64,000 bases of DNA from Actinomycetales bacterium (GCA_038206105.1 JBBRBF010000006.1:36205-100204), one strand, 5' to 3'; positions 1 to 9,868 are shown, numbered from the stretch's first letter. The notes: a model not told the origin generated them from the letters alone. Numbers and translations: made by a program.

Positions 1-124
1 CGTAGGCGACCGGGTCCGGTAGCACCCGCACCACGGCCCAGCCGCCGCGGTAGCCGGCCACGGCCGCCCGGTGGCGGGCCGCCGTGACGAGCCGGCCCGG
101 CGCGTGGGTCGGCCGGGTCGCCAC
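1..124 (-). CDS. phosphatidylinositol mannoside acyltransferase (PatA/HtrB-like), N-terminal fragment leaving the window
   Basis: GTG at 124..122 lies directly after the pgsA stop. The translation VATRPTHAPGRLVTAARHRAAVAGYRGGWAVVRVLPDPVAY resembles the N-terminus of PIM acyltransferases. Its position downstream of PIP synthase matches the mycobacterial thrS-HIT-pgsA1-patA locus. Confidence 0.45.
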   Translation of the reverse strand, partial: MATRPTHAPGRLVTAARHRAAVAGYRGGWAVVRVLPDPVAY

Positions 125-125
125 G

Positions 126-743
126 TCAGCCACGGTCGACGCCGGCGGTGGCCTGCCGTCGCACGGTCGCGACGCGCTGCCCGACGGTCACTGCGCTGGC
201 CGCGGCCAGCAGACCCAGCACGAGGGTCAGCACCCACGCGGGCGCACCCAGGCCCACCAGACCCGTCGCGAGCAGGACCGCCACGAGCCGGTCGGTGCGC
301 TCGGCGATGCCGACGTCCGCGCGCATCCCCAGGCCCTCGGCGCGAGCGCGCGCGTAGGGCACGAGGCCACCGAGCACGAGGCACGCCAGGGCGAGCACGG
401 CGGCGAGGCGGTCGTCCCCGCCGCCGGTGAACCACAGCACGAGGCCGGCGAAGACGGCGGCGTCGGCGATCCGGTCGAGGGTGGAGTCCAGGAACGCGCC
501 CCATGCCGACGACCGCCCGGAGCGGCGCGCCATCGTGCCGTCGAGGGCGTCGGACAGCGCGAAGACCGAGATCACCAGGGTCCCCGCCAGCAGCCCCCCC
601 GAGGGGTACAGGGCCGCCCCGGCGCAGACCCCGGCGGTGCCGACGACGGTGACGACGTCGGGCGGGACGCCGGCCCGCAGCAGCAGGTCGGCGACCGGGG
701 TCAGGACCCGACCGGTGAGGGCGCGCAGGGTGCGGGAGAGCAT
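126..743 (-). CDS. pgsA1: CDP-alcohol phosphatidyltransferase, phosphatidylinositol phosphate synthase type
   Basis: 205-aa multi-TM ORF carrying the CDP-alcohol transferase motif (DALDGTMARRSG...GAFLDSTLDRIAD). Synteny with HIT and thrS supports the call. Confidence 0.85.
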   Translation of the reverse strand: MLSRTLRALTGRVLTPVADLLLRAGVPPDVVTVVGTAGVCAGAALYPSGGLLAGTLVISVFALSDALDGTMARRSGRSSAWGAFLDSTLDRIADAAVFAGLVLWFTGGGDDRLAAVLALACLVLGGLVPYARARAEGLGMRADVGIAERTDRLVAVLLATGLVGLGAPAWVLTLVLGLLAAASAVTVGQRVATVRRQATAGVDRG

Positions 744-872
744 GGCGGGCGGAGCCTACCGGCGGGCCCTTGCTGCCCGGGCCGCCGCGTAGTTGGCTCG
801 CGGCAGGTGGCTCGCCGCAGCGGCGGTGGGCGGGAGCGGTGGTCGGTGCGGGCCGACCCGGGAGGCGGAGAC

Positions 873-3020
873 ATGACGGCACAGGAGCAGCCCGGTGGCG
901 CGGTCGGGGTGCGCAACGTGGTGCTGGTCGGGCACACCGGCGCCGGCAAGACGACGCTGGTCGAGGCGGTGCTCGCCGCCACCGGCGCCGTTCCCCGGGC
1001 CGGGCGGGTCGAGGACGGGACCACGGTGACCGACCACGAGGAGGTCGAGCACCGGCTGGGGCGCTCCACGTCGCTGTCCGCCGCGACCTGCACCCATGCC
1101 GGGGTGCGCCTCACGCTGCTCGACACCCCGGGACACCCCGACTTCGTCGGCGAGCTGCGGGCGGGGCTGCGCGCCGCCGACGCCGCCCTGTTCGTGGTCT
1201 CCGCCGTCGACGGGGTGGACGGGGGCACGAGGCTGCTGTGGGACGAGTGCGCTGCCGTCGGGATGCCGCGGGCCGTCGTCGTCACCCACGTCGACGCCCC
1301 CCGCGCCGACCTCGACGCTGTCGTGCTGATCTGCCAGCGTCTGTTCGGCGACGGCGTGCAGCCGCTGTACGTGCCGCTGCACGACGACGACGGCTCGGTC
1401 GCCGGGCTGCTCGGCCTGCTCTCGCGCACCGTGCTCCAGCCCGGGTCGCAGCCGCGGGAGGCCGACCCCGAGCACCTGGACGCCGTCGCCGCCTCCCGTG
1501 ACTCGCTGGTCGAGGGCATCATCGCCGAGTCCGAGGACGAGACGCTGCTCGACCGCTACCTGGCCGGCGAGGACGTCGGCTACGACACCCTCGTCGCCGA
1601 CCTGGAGACCGCGATGGCGCGCGGCGGCTTCCACCCGCTGCTGCCCGTCGTGCCGACCACGGGGCTGGGGGTCCCCGAGCTGCTCGAGGTGCTGCTGCGT
1701 GGCTTCCCGGGCCCCGCGGAGCGCGGCCTGCCCCCGGTGATGGGCCCCGCCGGCGAGCCGCGCGAGGCGCTGCGCCCTGACCCCGACGGCCCGCTCGTGG
1801 CGGAGGTGGTCCGCACCACGAGCGACCCGTACGTCGGCCGGGTGTCGATGGTCCGGGTGTTCTCGGGCTCGCTCGTGCCGGACGCGCCGGTGCACGTCTC
1901 GGGGCACTTCGCGCGCTTCGCCCACACCGGCGGCCTGGACCCGGCCCGGCTGGAGTCCGACGAGGCGTGGCACCCCGGCCACGACGTCGACGAACGCGTC
2001 GGCGCCGTGTCCGTGCCCCTCGGCGCCACCCTGACGCCGGTGCCGAAGGCGGTCGCCGGGGAGGTCGTGTGCGTGGCCCGCCTCGCCCGCGCGGAGACCG
2101 GGGACACGCTGTCGGACCCGGCGAAGCCGTCGCTGATGGAGCCGTGGACGCTGCCGGACCCCCTGCTGCCCGTGGCGATCACCGCCCGCTCGACGGCCGA
2201 GGAGGACCGGCTCGGTCAGGGGCTCGCCCGGCTGCAGGCCGAGGACCCGACGGTACGGGTGGTGGTGGACCCCCACACCCACCAGATGGTGCTGTGGTGC
2301 ATGGGCGAGGCGCACCTGGACGTGCTGCTGAGCCGGCTGCGGAGCCGCTCGAACGTCGAGGTGGACACCCAGCCGGTGCGGGTCGCCGTCCGGGAGACCT
2401 TCGCCGGGCGCGGCACGGGGCACGGCCGGCACGTGAAGCAGTCCGGCGGGCACGGGCAGTTCGCGGTCTGCGACATCGAGGTCGAGCCGCTGCCGACCGG
2501 CGGCGGGTTCGAGTTCGTGGACAAGGTCGTCGGGGGTGCGGTCCCGCGGCAGTACGTCGGCAGCGTCGAGAAGGGGCTGCGGGCGCAGATGGAGCGGGGG
2601 GTGGCCGCCGGCTACCCCGTGGTCGACGTGCGGGTCACCCTAGTGGGGGGCAAGGCCCACTCCGTGGACTCCTCGGACGCCGCGTTCCAGACCGCCGGCG
2701 CGCTGGCGCTCAAGGACGCCGCGGGCTCGGCCGGCGTGCGGATGCTGGAGCCGGTGGACGTCGTCGACGTGGTGGTGGACGACGAGTACGTCGGCTCGGT
2801 GATGTCGGACCTCGCGACGCGGCGGGGTCGGGTCACCGGCACCGAGCCGGTGGGCACGGGGCGGTCCCGCGTCACCGCCGAGGTGCCGGCGTTCGAGCTG
2901 ACCCGCTATGCCGTTGACCTGCGCTCGGTGGCGCACGGCACCGGGACGTTCACCCGCGCCTACTGCCAGCACTCCCCCGCGCCCCAGCCGGTGGTGGACC
3001 GGCTCACCGCCGCCGGCTGA
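873..3020 (+). CDS. elongation factor G-like GTPase (EF-G2 type)
   Basis: The in-frame ATG at 873 gives MTAQEQ...NVVLVGHTGAGKTTLVEAVL (G1 motif) followed by DTPGHPDF (G3). EF-G domains II-V follow, for about 715 aa. The annotated ORF start at 84 is an arginine-rich false extension. Confidence 0.9.
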   Translation: MTAQEQPGGAVGVRNVVLVGHTGAGKTTLVEAVLAATGAVPRAGRVEDGTTVTDHEEVEHRLGRSTSLSAATCTHAGVRLTLLDTPGHPDFVGELRAGLRAADAALFVVSAVDGVDGGTRLLWDECAAVGMPRAVVVTHVDAPRADLDAVVLICQRLFGDGVQPLYVPLHDDDGSVAGLLGLLSRTVLQPGSQPREADPEHLDAVAASRDSLVEGIIAESEDETLLDRYLAGEDVGYDTLVADLETAMARGGFHPLLPVVPTTGLGVPELLEVLLRGFPGPAERGLPPVMGPAGEPREALRPDPDGPLVAEVVRTTSDPYVGRVSMVRVFSGSLVPDAPVHVSGHFARFAHTGGLDPARLESDEAWHPGHDVDERVGAVSVPLGATLTPVPKAVAGEVVCVARLARAETGDTLSDPAKPSLMEPWTLPDPLLPVAITARSTAEEDRLGQGLARLQAEDPTVRVVVDPHTHQMVLWCMGEAHLDVLLSRLRSRSNVEVDTQPVRVAVRETFAGRGTGHGRHVKQSGGHGQFAVCDIEVEPLPTGGGFEFVDKVVGGAVPRQYVGSVEKGLRAQMERGVAAGYPVVDVRVTLVGGKAHSVDSSDAAFQTAGALALKDAAGSAGVRMLEPVDVVDVVVDDEYVGSVMSDLATRRGRVTGTEPVGTGRSRVTAEVPAFELTRYAVDLRSVAHGTGTFTRAYCQHSPAPQPVVDRLTAAG

Positions 3021-3038
3021 GCCGGTCGGCCGCCGGCG

Positions 3039-3602
3039 TCAGCGGGGCCAGGCGGCGGCCAGCTTCTCCCGGGTGTCGGAGAGCAGCTCCGGCAGCGCCT
3101 TCGTCCGCGCCACCACCGGCAGGAAGTTCGCGTCCCCGCCCCATCGCGGCACGACGTGCTGGTGCAGGTGCGCAGCGATCCCCGCCCCCGCCACCGGGCC
3201 CTGGTTCATGCCGAGGTTGAACCCGTGCGGCGCCGAGACGGCGGTGAGCACCCGGATCGCGGTCTGGGTCATGGCGGCGACCTCGGCGGTCTCGGCGGCG
3301 TCGAGGTCGACGTAGCCGGCGACGTGCCGGTACGGGCAGACCATCAGGTGGCCCGGGTTGTACGGGTACAGGTTGAGCACCGCGAAGGCCGTCTCGCCGC
3401 GGGCCACGACGAGCCCCTGCTCGTCGTCGGAGCCCTGCACCCGGCAGAACGGGCAGCCGTCGCCCGCGGCGTCGCCCGTCGGCTTGTCCTCGCCCGCGAT
3501 GTAGACCATCCGGTGCGGGGTCCAGAGCCGCTCGAACGCGTCGGGCTCGCCGGGGTGGGCGCTCTCGTCCACGACTGGCTCGTCCACGACTGCCTCGTCC
3601 AT
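3039..3602 (-). CDS. HIT-family nucleotide phosphorylase/transferase (GalT-like HIT, Ap4A phosphorylase type)
   Basis: Histidine-triad motif AHLHQHVVPRW. There is also a CPFC motif. The gene sits between thrS and pgsA1 as in mycobacteria. Confidence 0.85.
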   Translation of the reverse strand: MDEAVVDEPVVDESAHPGEPDAFERLWTPHRMVYIAGEDKPTGDAAGDGCPFCRVQGSDDEQGLVVARGETAFAVLNLYPYNPGHLMVCPYRHVAGYVDLDAAETAEVAAMTQTAIRVLTAVSAPHGFNLGMNQGPVAGAGIAAHLHQHVVPRWGGDANFLPVVARTKALPELLSDTREKLAAAWPR

Positions 3603-3609
3603 GGGGCCA

Positions 3610-4248
3610 TCATCCGGGTCTGCGGTGCAGTGTCGCGAACTCCCCCGGCGTCATGCCCGTGACCCGCGAGAAGTCCCGCACGAAGTGCGGCTGGTCGGCG
3701 TACCCGAGCTCCGCCGCCGCCTCGCCGAGCGTCGTCAGCCCGCCCGGAGCAGTGCCGCGGCCTCGTGCAGCCTGCGGCGTTGCAGCAGCCACTTCGGCGT
3801 CAGCCCGATCCGGCGGTGCACGAGCCGCTTCAGCGCACGCTCGGACAGGTCGAACTCGTCGCAGACCTGGCCCACGCGCGTGACGTCGGGCCGGCCCTCG
3901 ACGAAGGCCACGACGCGGTTGACCAGCTCGCCGTCCCGGTCGAGTGGCAGGTAGCGGTGCAGCACGTCGGCGTAGGCCCCGACCACGGCGGCGTGCGCCG
4001 AGGTCGACGAAGCGGTCGGTGTACGCCGCGACGCCCTTCCCGGTGAGCAGCGCCCCGGCGGCCGGCGCGCACATCAACCCCGGTAGCCCAGCCGTCGTCC
4101 GTCAACGTCGTGCTCGACAGCCCGGAGGTGACGCCGTAGAAGCGGGCGTAGTCGCGAGCGACGACGAGCAGGCATCCTTCAGGTGGGCGCGCTCGATCCG
4201 GTGCTGCGCGGCCGGCGCGACCGGCTGTGGGCGGCTGTCGGGTTTCAT
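3610..4248 (-). pseudogene. AraC-family transcriptional regulator disrupted by several frameshifts
   Basis: The HTH region is split between frames: ...RIGLTPKWLLQRRRLHEAAALLRAG* in one, and GLTTLGEAAAELGYADQPHFVRDFSRVTGMTPGEFATLHRRPG in another. Upstream pieces (MKPDSRPQPVAPAAQHRIERAHLKDA / CLLVVARDYARFYGVTSG / MCAPAAGALLTGKGVAAYTDRFVDLGA / VVGAYADVLHRYLPLD) lie in alternating frames. Confidence 0.6.
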
Positions 4249-4285
4249 CAATCCCCAGCCTGCCCCAGCCGCCCAGTGTTCGGGC

Positions 4286-4876
4286 ATGGACTTCGCAGCA
4301 GAGCAGGACACCACCGAAGCGCAGCACACCGACACAGCGGCCCAGTACGCGCACGCCGACCGCCGCCTGACCGCCGTCCTGGACGTCGTCCCGGCGCAGG
4401 ACTGGAGCGCGGCGTCCCCCTGCGAGGGGTGGTCGGCCCGCGACGTCCTCACCCACCTCGTGGACACCCAGCGCGACTTCTTCACCGGGCACGGTGTCGA
4501 CCTCGGTGGGCCGCCTGAGGTCGACACCGACCCGGCGCGCGCCTGGCGCGCCCACGCCGACCGCGTGATGGCGGCCCTGTCGGACGACGCCGTCGCCGCG
4601 AAGGGGTTGGAGGGCTACTTCGGACCGACGACCGTGGGTGCCACCTTCGGGCAGTTCTACGTCTGGGACATGCTCGTGCACCGCTGGGACATCGCTCGGG
4701 CGGCCGGCGGGACGGCCTCGTTCTCCGACGCCGAGCTCGACCGGATCGCCGACGGCGCGGACAGCTTCGGCGACGCGCTCCACATGGACGGCATCTGCCG
4801 GGGCGGGGTCGACGCGCCTGCCGGCGCCGAGCGGGAGGCGCGGCTGCTGGCGCGCCTGGGCAGGGTCGCCGCGTAG
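4286..4876 (+). CDS. DinB/mycothiol-maleylpyruvate-isomerase N-terminal-like protein (TIGR03086-like)
   Basis: The ATG at 4286 gives MDFAAEQ...SPCEGWSARDVLTHLVDTQRDFF...WDMLVHRWDIARA, typical of actinobacterial DinB-like proteins. Confidence 0.7.
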   Translation: MDFAAEQDTTEAQHTDTAAQYAHADRRLTAVLDVVPAQDWSAASPCEGWSARDVLTHLVDTQRDFFTGHGVDLGGPPEVDTDPARAWRAHADRVMAALSDDAVAAKGLEGYFGPTTVGATFGQFYVWDMLVHRWDIARAAGGTASFSDAELDRIADGADSFGDALHMDGICRGGVDAPAGAEREARLLARLGRVAA

Positions 4877-4893
4877 GCGTCCACCCGGTCGGA

Positions 4894-6897
4894 TCAGACC
4901 TGCGCGCGCGTACGCACTGCCTCCACGATCCGGGTCACCGCGTCGTCCACCGGGACGCCGTTGTCCTGGCTGCCGTCGCGGAACCGGAAGCTGACGGCGC
5001 CGGCGGCGACGTCGTCCGCGCCCGCGATGAGCAGGAACGGCACCTTGGCCTTGGTGTGGGTGCGGATCTTCTTCTGCATCCGGTCGTCGGAGTCGTCGAC
5101 CTCGGCGCGCACCCCGGCCGCACGCAGGCGCGCCACGACGTCGTGCAGGTGGTCGGCGAAGTCCCCGGCGACGGGGATGCCGACGACCTGCACCGGGGCC
5201 AGCCACGGCGGGAAGGCACCGGCGTAGTGCTCGGTGAGCACGCCGAAGAAGCGCTCGATCGACCCGAAGAGCGCCCGGTGGATCATCACCGGCCGGGGCC
5301 GTGAGCCGTCCGCGGCGGTGTACTCCAGCCCGAAGCGCTCGGGGGTGTTGAAGTCGAGCTGGATCGTCGACATCTGCCACGTCCGCCCGATCGCGTCCCG
5401 CGCCTGCACCGAGATCTTCGGGCCGTAGAACGCGGCACCGCCGGGATCGGGGACGAGCTCGAGCCCGGACGCCTCGCCGACCTCGGCCAGGGTGCGGGTC
5501 GCCTCGTCCCACAGGTCGTCGGAGCCGACCGACTTGTCGGGGTCGCGGGTCGACAGCTCGAGGTAGAAGTCCTCCAGGCCGTAGTCCGCGAGTAGCTCGA
5601 GCACGAACCGCAGCAGCGACGTCAGCTCGTCGCGCATCTGCTCGCGGGAGCAGAAGATGTGCGCGTCGTCCATCGTCAGCCCGCGCACGCGGGTCAGGCC
5701 GTGGACCACACCCGACTTCTCGTACCGGTACACCGAGCCGAACTCGAACAGCCGCATCGGCAGCTCGCGGTAGGAGCGTCCCCGGGCCCTGAAGATCAGG
5801 CTGTGGAACGGGCAGTTCATCGGCTTGAGGTAGTAGTCCTGGCCCGGTTTGACGACCTCGCCGTCCTCGCCGGTGGTGGCGTCGAGGTGCATCGGCGGGA
5901 ACATGCCGTCGGCGTACCACTGCAGGTGACCGGACGTCTCGAACAGGGCCGACTTGGTGATGTGCGGGGAGTAGACGAACTCGTAGCCGCCCTCCTCGTG
6001 CCGGCGGCGGGAGTAGTCCTCCATCTCGCGGCGGATCACGCCCCCCTTGGGGTGGAAGACCGCCAGGCCGGAGCCGATCTCGTCGGGGAAGGAGAACAGG
6101 TCGAGCTCGGCGCCGATCCGCCGGTGGTCGCGGCGCTCGGCCTCGGCGAGCCGCTCGGTGTAGGCGACGAGCTCGTCCTTGCTGGGCCAGGCGGTGCCGT
6201 AGACGCGCTGCAGCTGGGGGTTGGCCTCGCTGCCCCGCCAGTAGGCGGCCGCGGTCCGCAGCAGCGTGAAGCCGTTGCCGATCAGCCTCGTGGTCGGCAG
6301 GTGCGGGCCGCGGCAGAGGTCCTTCCAGGCGACGCTGCCGTCGCGGCGCAGGTTGTCGTAGATCGTGAGCTCGCCGGCGCCGACCTCGGCGTCGGCGCCC
6401 TCGGCAGCGTCGCCCGCGGAGCCCTTGAGGCCGACCAGCTCGAGCTTGTAGGGCTCGGAGGCCAGCTCGTCGCGTGCCTCGTCCTCGGTGACGACGCGGC
6501 GGCGGAAGGTCTGGCCCTCCTTGACGATGCGCTGCATCACCTTCGCGAGCCGCTTCGTGTCCTCGGGGGTGAAGGGCTCGGCGACGTCGAAGTCGTAGTA
6601 GAAGCCGTCGCGCACCGGGGGTCCGATCCCCAGCCGCGCAGCGGGGTCCGTCTCCTGCACGGCCTGCGCGAGCACGTGCGCGGCGGAGTGGCGCAGCACG
6701 ACCAGCCCGTCGTCGCTGGAGATGCTGACCGGCTCGACGTCGGCCCCGTCGGTCAGCACGTGGTCGAGGTCGCGCAGCTCGCCGTCGACCCGGGCGACGA
6801 CGACGTCGCGGTCGCCCTGGAACAGCTGCCCGGCGGTCGTGCCGGGGTCCACCTCGCGCTGGTCGCCGGCGACGGACACGGTGAGCAGGGCGGGCAC
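4894..6897 (-). CDS. thrS: threonine--tRNA ligase
   Basis: Class II aaRS motifs are present, with a TGS and editing N-terminal region ([11 protein letters not shown]; [13 protein letters not shown]; GAFYGPKI). GTG at 6897 is preceded by a GGAGG RBS. The longer ORF reaching 7155 is a false extension. Confidence 0.95.
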   Translation of the reverse strand: MPALLTVSVAGDQREVDPGTTAGQLFQGDRDVVVARVDGELRDLDHVLTDGADVEPVSISSDDGLVVLRHSAAHVLAQAVQETDPAARLGIGPPVRDGFYYDFDVAEPFTPEDTKRLAKVMQRIVKEGQTFRRRVVTEDEARDELASEPYKLELVGLKGSAGDAAEGADAEVGAGELTIYDNLRRDGSVAWKDLCRGPHLPTTRLIGNGFTLLRTAAAYWRGSEANPQLQRVYGTAWPSKDELVAYTERLAEAERRDHRRIGAELDLFSFPDEIGSGLAVFHPKGGVIRREMEDYSRRRHEEGGYEFVYSPHITKSALFETSGHLQWYADGMFPPMHLDATTGEDGEVVKPGQDYYLKPMNCPFHSLIFRARGRSYRELPMRLFEFGSVYRYEKSGVVHGLTRVRGLTMDDAHIFCSREQMRDELTSLLRFVLELLADYGLEDFYLELSTRDPDKSVGSDDLWDEATRTLAEVGEASGLELVPDPGGAAFYGPKISVQARDAIGRTWQMSTIQLDFNTPERFGLEYTAADGSRPRPVMIHRALFGSIERFFGVLTEHYAGAFPPWLAPVQVVGIPVAGDFADHLHDVVARLRAAGVRAEVDDSDDRMQKKIRTHTKAKVPFLLIAGADDVAAGAVSFRFRDGSQDNGVPVDDAVTRIVEAVRTRAQV

Positions 6898-6959
6898 GGT
6901 CGGCCTCCGGGGGTTCGAGGGGACGGGCCGAGGCCCGGTCCGGGCGATGCTAGCGACGG

Positions 6960-6977
6960 ACGACGGCGGGCCGTCGT
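6960..6977 (-). terminator. GC-rich hairpin between the MOSC gene and thrS
   Basis: A 7-bp perfect stem (ACGACGG/CCGTCGT) with a 4-nt loop lies 12 nt after the MOSC stop. There is no U-tract. Confidence 0.3.
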
Positions 6978-6988
6978 GCCGCCTCCGC

Positions 6989-7633
6989 TCACCCGTCGAG
7001 CAGCGTGACGACGTCGCCCGCGGCGACCGTGCCGGGCCGGTCCACCTCCGCGTACACCCCGAGGCACCGCTTCGGGGTACGGGTGACCCGCAGCACGACC
7101 GCGGTCTCGCCGTCGCCGATGCGGAGCCGCCGGCCGGCCCACGTGCGCTCGCCACCGGGCGGTCCGCTCAGGTCGAGCAGGAGGTTGGCCCGTGGCTCCG
7201 GGTCGCAGCCCGCCGGGGCGCCGGGGTCGGCCTCGGCGCCGATGCTGACCAGGTGCACGGCGGCCGCGTCGGCCCGGGGCGAGCCGCCGGTGTCGTCGAG
7301 CCGGACATGTCGGCCCGCGAGCACCGACAGCTCGGCGTCGGGGCCGGTGTCGGTGGCGGCGCCGGCGTCGGTAGCGCCGTCGGCCTGGGCGTCGGACCCG
7401 GGGCCCACGGGGCCGTGGGGCGCCAGCGTCAGGGTCCCGGCCGCCACCGTGACCGCCACGTGCCGCAGCCCGGGGAGCTCGCGCGCCGTGACCGGCGAGC
7501 CCGCCTCGTCCACGAGCTGCCAGCGGCGGTCCTCCGCCAGCCCTGCGCCGGTGACCTCGACCCTGTCGAGCGCCTCACCGGCCGCGGACTTCAGCGGGTA
7601 GCGGTGCACGGCGGCGACCCGGCCCACGTCCAT
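6989..7633 (-). CDS. MOSC domain-containing protein
   Basis: N-terminus [17 protein letters not shown]...GLAEDRRW and a C-terminal beta-barrel region typical of MOSC proteins. Confidence 0.8.
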   Translation of the reverse strand: MDVGRVAAVHRYPLKSAAGEALDRVEVTGAGLAEDRRWQLVDEAGSPVTARELPGLRHVAVTVAAGTLTLAPHGPVGPGSDAQADGATDAGAATDTGPDAELSVLAGRHVRLDDTGGSPRADAAAVHLVSIGAEADPGAPAGCDPEPRANLLLDLSGPPGGERTWAGRRLRIGDGETAVVLRVTRTPKRCLGVYAEVDRPGTVAAGDVVTLLDG

Positions 7634-7675
7634 GACGAGGACGGTACGCCGCGACCCGGGGCGGTCCGGGGACGG

Positions 7676-7747
7676 TGGGCGATACTGGGTTCGAACCAGT
7701 GACCTCCTCGGTGTGAACGAGGCGCTCTACCACTGAGCCAATCGCCC
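7676..7747 (-). tRNA. tRNA-Val (anticodon CAC)
   Basis: The reverse complement GGGCGATTGGCTCAGTGGTAGAGCGCCTCGTTCACACCGAGGAGGTCACTGGTTCGAACCCAGTATCGCCCA folds as a cloverleaf. The anticodon loop is TTCACAC and the T-loop is GGTTCGAAC. Confidence 0.9.
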
Positions 7748-7805
7748 TGGCTGCGGCAGCACAGTACCCGACCGCCCGGGCGTCGCTCACCCTCCCCCGG
7801 GCAGG

Positions 7806-8264
7806 TCAGCCGAGGCCCGGCACGCCGGTGAGCATCGCCGTCGCCCCGTCCGGCAGCCAGCCGGGGATGCCGAGCACGCGCAGGCTCAGCCAGACCCCGA
7901 AGAGCACGCCCATCGCGGTCAGCGCGCCGCCGGCACGGCGCTGCCACGCGGGACGATGCCGCGCCCGCTCCGCGGCGTCGCGGGCCCATTCGCGGGCCCG
8001 GTCCAGCGTCCGGCGCGCCCAGTGGTACTCGCTGGCCAGCACAGCCAGGCCCAGCAGCGCCAGCGGGATGCCGCCCGGACCCGGGAGCCAGCCCGTCGCG
8101 GCCGACAGCAGCAGCAGCAGGACGCCCACGACGCCGACGACGCTCCGGTAGATCCGGTACGCCCGGGCGTCGGAGCGGATCCGCCGTCGCCACGCCCAGT
8201 CGGGCTTGTGGAAGCGGTGGTCGACCCGGGCCCCGCCCGCCCGCGGGCGGGGCGGGCGGTCCAC
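7806..8264 (-). CDS. PGPGW-motif small membrane protein (TIGR02611-like)
   Basis: Two TM helices with the GWLPGPGGIPLALLGLAVLASEYHWARR signature. The GTG start at 8264 is uncertain. Confidence 0.6.
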   Translation of the reverse strand: MDRPPRPRAGGARVDHRFHKPDWAWRRRIRSDARAYRIYRSVVGVVGVLLLLLSAATGWLPGPGGIPLALLGLAVLASEYHWARRTLDRAREWARDAAERARHRPAWQRRAGGALTAMGVLFGVWLSLRVLGIPGWLPDGATAMLTGVPGLG

Positions 8265-8549
8265 CCGCGGGGCGCGACCGGACGCGGTCTGACGGTTCGG
8301 TCGCACGGCAGCAGGATACGTGGCGGCGCGGCCGCGCACGTCGCTCTGCCCAGGCGGCGCCCGGTGCGGCCGAACGGGTGACCGACGCGTCCGATTGGTT
8401 TCACTCTGATGGGTTATTCGAGTCAAGAAGTCGTCAAGTTGCACGCGACAGAGTTTCGCGGCGGGCCGTGGGGGGCACCTCCATCCCAGACTCCCCGACA
8501 GCGCCGAGAGCCCCAGCGCCAGCCGGTTCCCGACCCAGGAGGTCCCGCC

Positions 8550-8969
8550 GTGACCGCGATCCCATCCGCCACCGTCGACTCGTCCGTCGAGCTGCGGCTG
8601 GTGCTCCCGGGGGCCGACGCCGTCGCCCTGCCGGTCACGCTGCGCTACTCGGCCGGGGACCCCTACGCGGTGCAGGCCCTGTTCGCCGGCGACGACGTCG
8701 CGGTCGAGTGGGTGTTCGGCCGGGACCTGCTCGTGGACTCCCTGGACCGGCCCAGCGGCGAGGGGGACGTGCAGGTCTGGCCCGCCGTCCGGGGCGGCAC
8801 CCGGCTCGTGATGATCTCGCTGAGCTCCCCCGACGGCCAGGCCGTGCTCGAGGGCGACGCCGCCGACATCGAGGCGTTCCTGGCCCGCACCCTCGCGATG
8901 GTGCCCGCGGGCAGCGAGTCGCTGCTGCTCGACCTCGACACCGAGATCGCGGCCCTGCTCGCCGCCTGA
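8550..8969 (+). CDS. ssgB: SsgA-family sporulation/cell-division regulator, SsgB-like
   Basis: LRYSAGDPYAVQALF...VEWVFGRDLL...GEGDVQVWP...ISLSSPDGQAVLE...FLARTLAMVPAGSE...DLDTEIAALL aligns along its full length with remembered SsgB sequences. GTG at 8550 lies 7 nt after an AGGAGG RBS. Confidence 0.8.
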   Translation: MTAIPSATVDSSVELRLVLPGADAVALPVTLRYSAGDPYAVQALFAGDDVAVEWVFGRDLLVDSLDRPSGEGDVQVWPAVRGGTRLVMISLSSPDGQAVLEGDAADIEAFLARTLAMVPAGSESLLLDLDTEIAALLAA

Positions 8970-9016
8970 GCCTGCCCCGCCTGAGCCCGTCGCCTGACAC
9001 AGGTGGGCGGGCCGGG

Positions 9017-9868
9017 TCACGCCGGGTCGGGGTCCGCCAGCGCCCGCCGCGCGAACCGCTCCGCGAGGGCCGCGGCCACCGGCCCCCGGGGCAGCGGCCG
9101 ACCGTCGACCACCGCCTGCGGCTGCACGTCCCGCGTCGACGACGTCAGCAGCACGTCGTCGCAGTCGCGCAGGGCCGCGAACGGCACCGGCCGCTCCTGC
9201 ACCGGTACCCCCTCGTCCCGTGCCCACTCCAGCAGCAGGGCACGCGTGATCCCCGGCAGGCACCCCGACGTCAGCGGCGGCGTGACCGCCTCGCCGTCGA
9301 CCACGACGACGACGTTGGACCCCGTCCCCTCGCACAGCTCGCCCCGGGTGTTCGCCAGCAGCGCCTCCCCCGCGCCACTGCGCCGCGCGCGGGCCAGGGC
9401 GACGACGTTCTCGGCGTACGAGGTCGTCTTCAGCCCGACGACGGCGGACGCCTCGTTGCGCGTCCAGGCGACGCTCACGACGGCGGGGTCCTGCGGCCAG
9501 GGCGCGGCGGGCACCGCGGCGACCAGGAGCGTGCCCGCCCCCGTCCTACGCTCGCTGCCCAGCGGTCCGGGGCCGGCGGTCCAGGTGACCCGCAGCCGGG
9601 CGAGGGCGTTGCCGTCGGCGGGCAGCGCGGCCAGGACTGCCTCGACACCGTCGCGGGCGCGCGCGACGGGGGGCGCGTCGAGGCCCAGGCCAGCCGCGGA
9701 GCGCTCGAGCCGGCGCAGGTGACGGGTGAGCGCGAACGGCACGCCGTCGACGACCTTGCACGTCTCGAAGACCCCGTCCCCGACCGTCAGGCCGTGGTCC
9801 GTGGCCCGCAGCACCGGCTCGTCCTCGGTCACCATGCGTCCGTCGGCCCACAGCACCACGCCCGTCAT
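9017..9868 (-). CDS. class IV aminotransferase / aminodeoxychorismate lyase-like
   Basis: DHGLTVGDGVFET..., the pyridoxal-phosphate-binding lysine region (GLKTTSY), and EGTGSNVVVV...LPGITR are typical of PabC/IlvE fold-type IV enzymes. Confidence 0.8.
   Translation of the reverse strand: MTGVVLWADGRMVTEDEPVLRATDHGLTVGDGVFETCKVVDGVPFALTRHLRRLERSAAGLGLDAPPVARARDGVEAVLAALPADGNALARLRVTWTAGPGPLGSERRTGAGTLLVAAVPAAPWPQDPAVVSVAWTRNEASAVVGLKTTSYAENVVALARARRSGAGEALLANTRGELCEGTGSNVVVVVDGEAVTPPLTSGCLPGITRALLLEWARDEGVPVQERPVPFAALRDCDDVLLTSSTRDVQPQAVVDGRPLPRGPVAAALAERFARRALADPDPA

Noticed and set aside
6898-6988. A T-box or other riboswitch leader upstream of thrS.
   Set aside because: The 91-nt leader has only a small GC hairpin. 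I could find no T-box consensus (GGUGGNACCGCG-like) and no specifier-loop architecture.
8409-8549. The ATG at 8409 as the ssgB start, which would give a 186-aa protein.
   Set aside because: The extra 47 residues have no SsgB counterpart and are Pro/Arg/Gln-rich. GTG 8550 has a perfect AGGAGG RBS and gives the canonical ~139-aa length.
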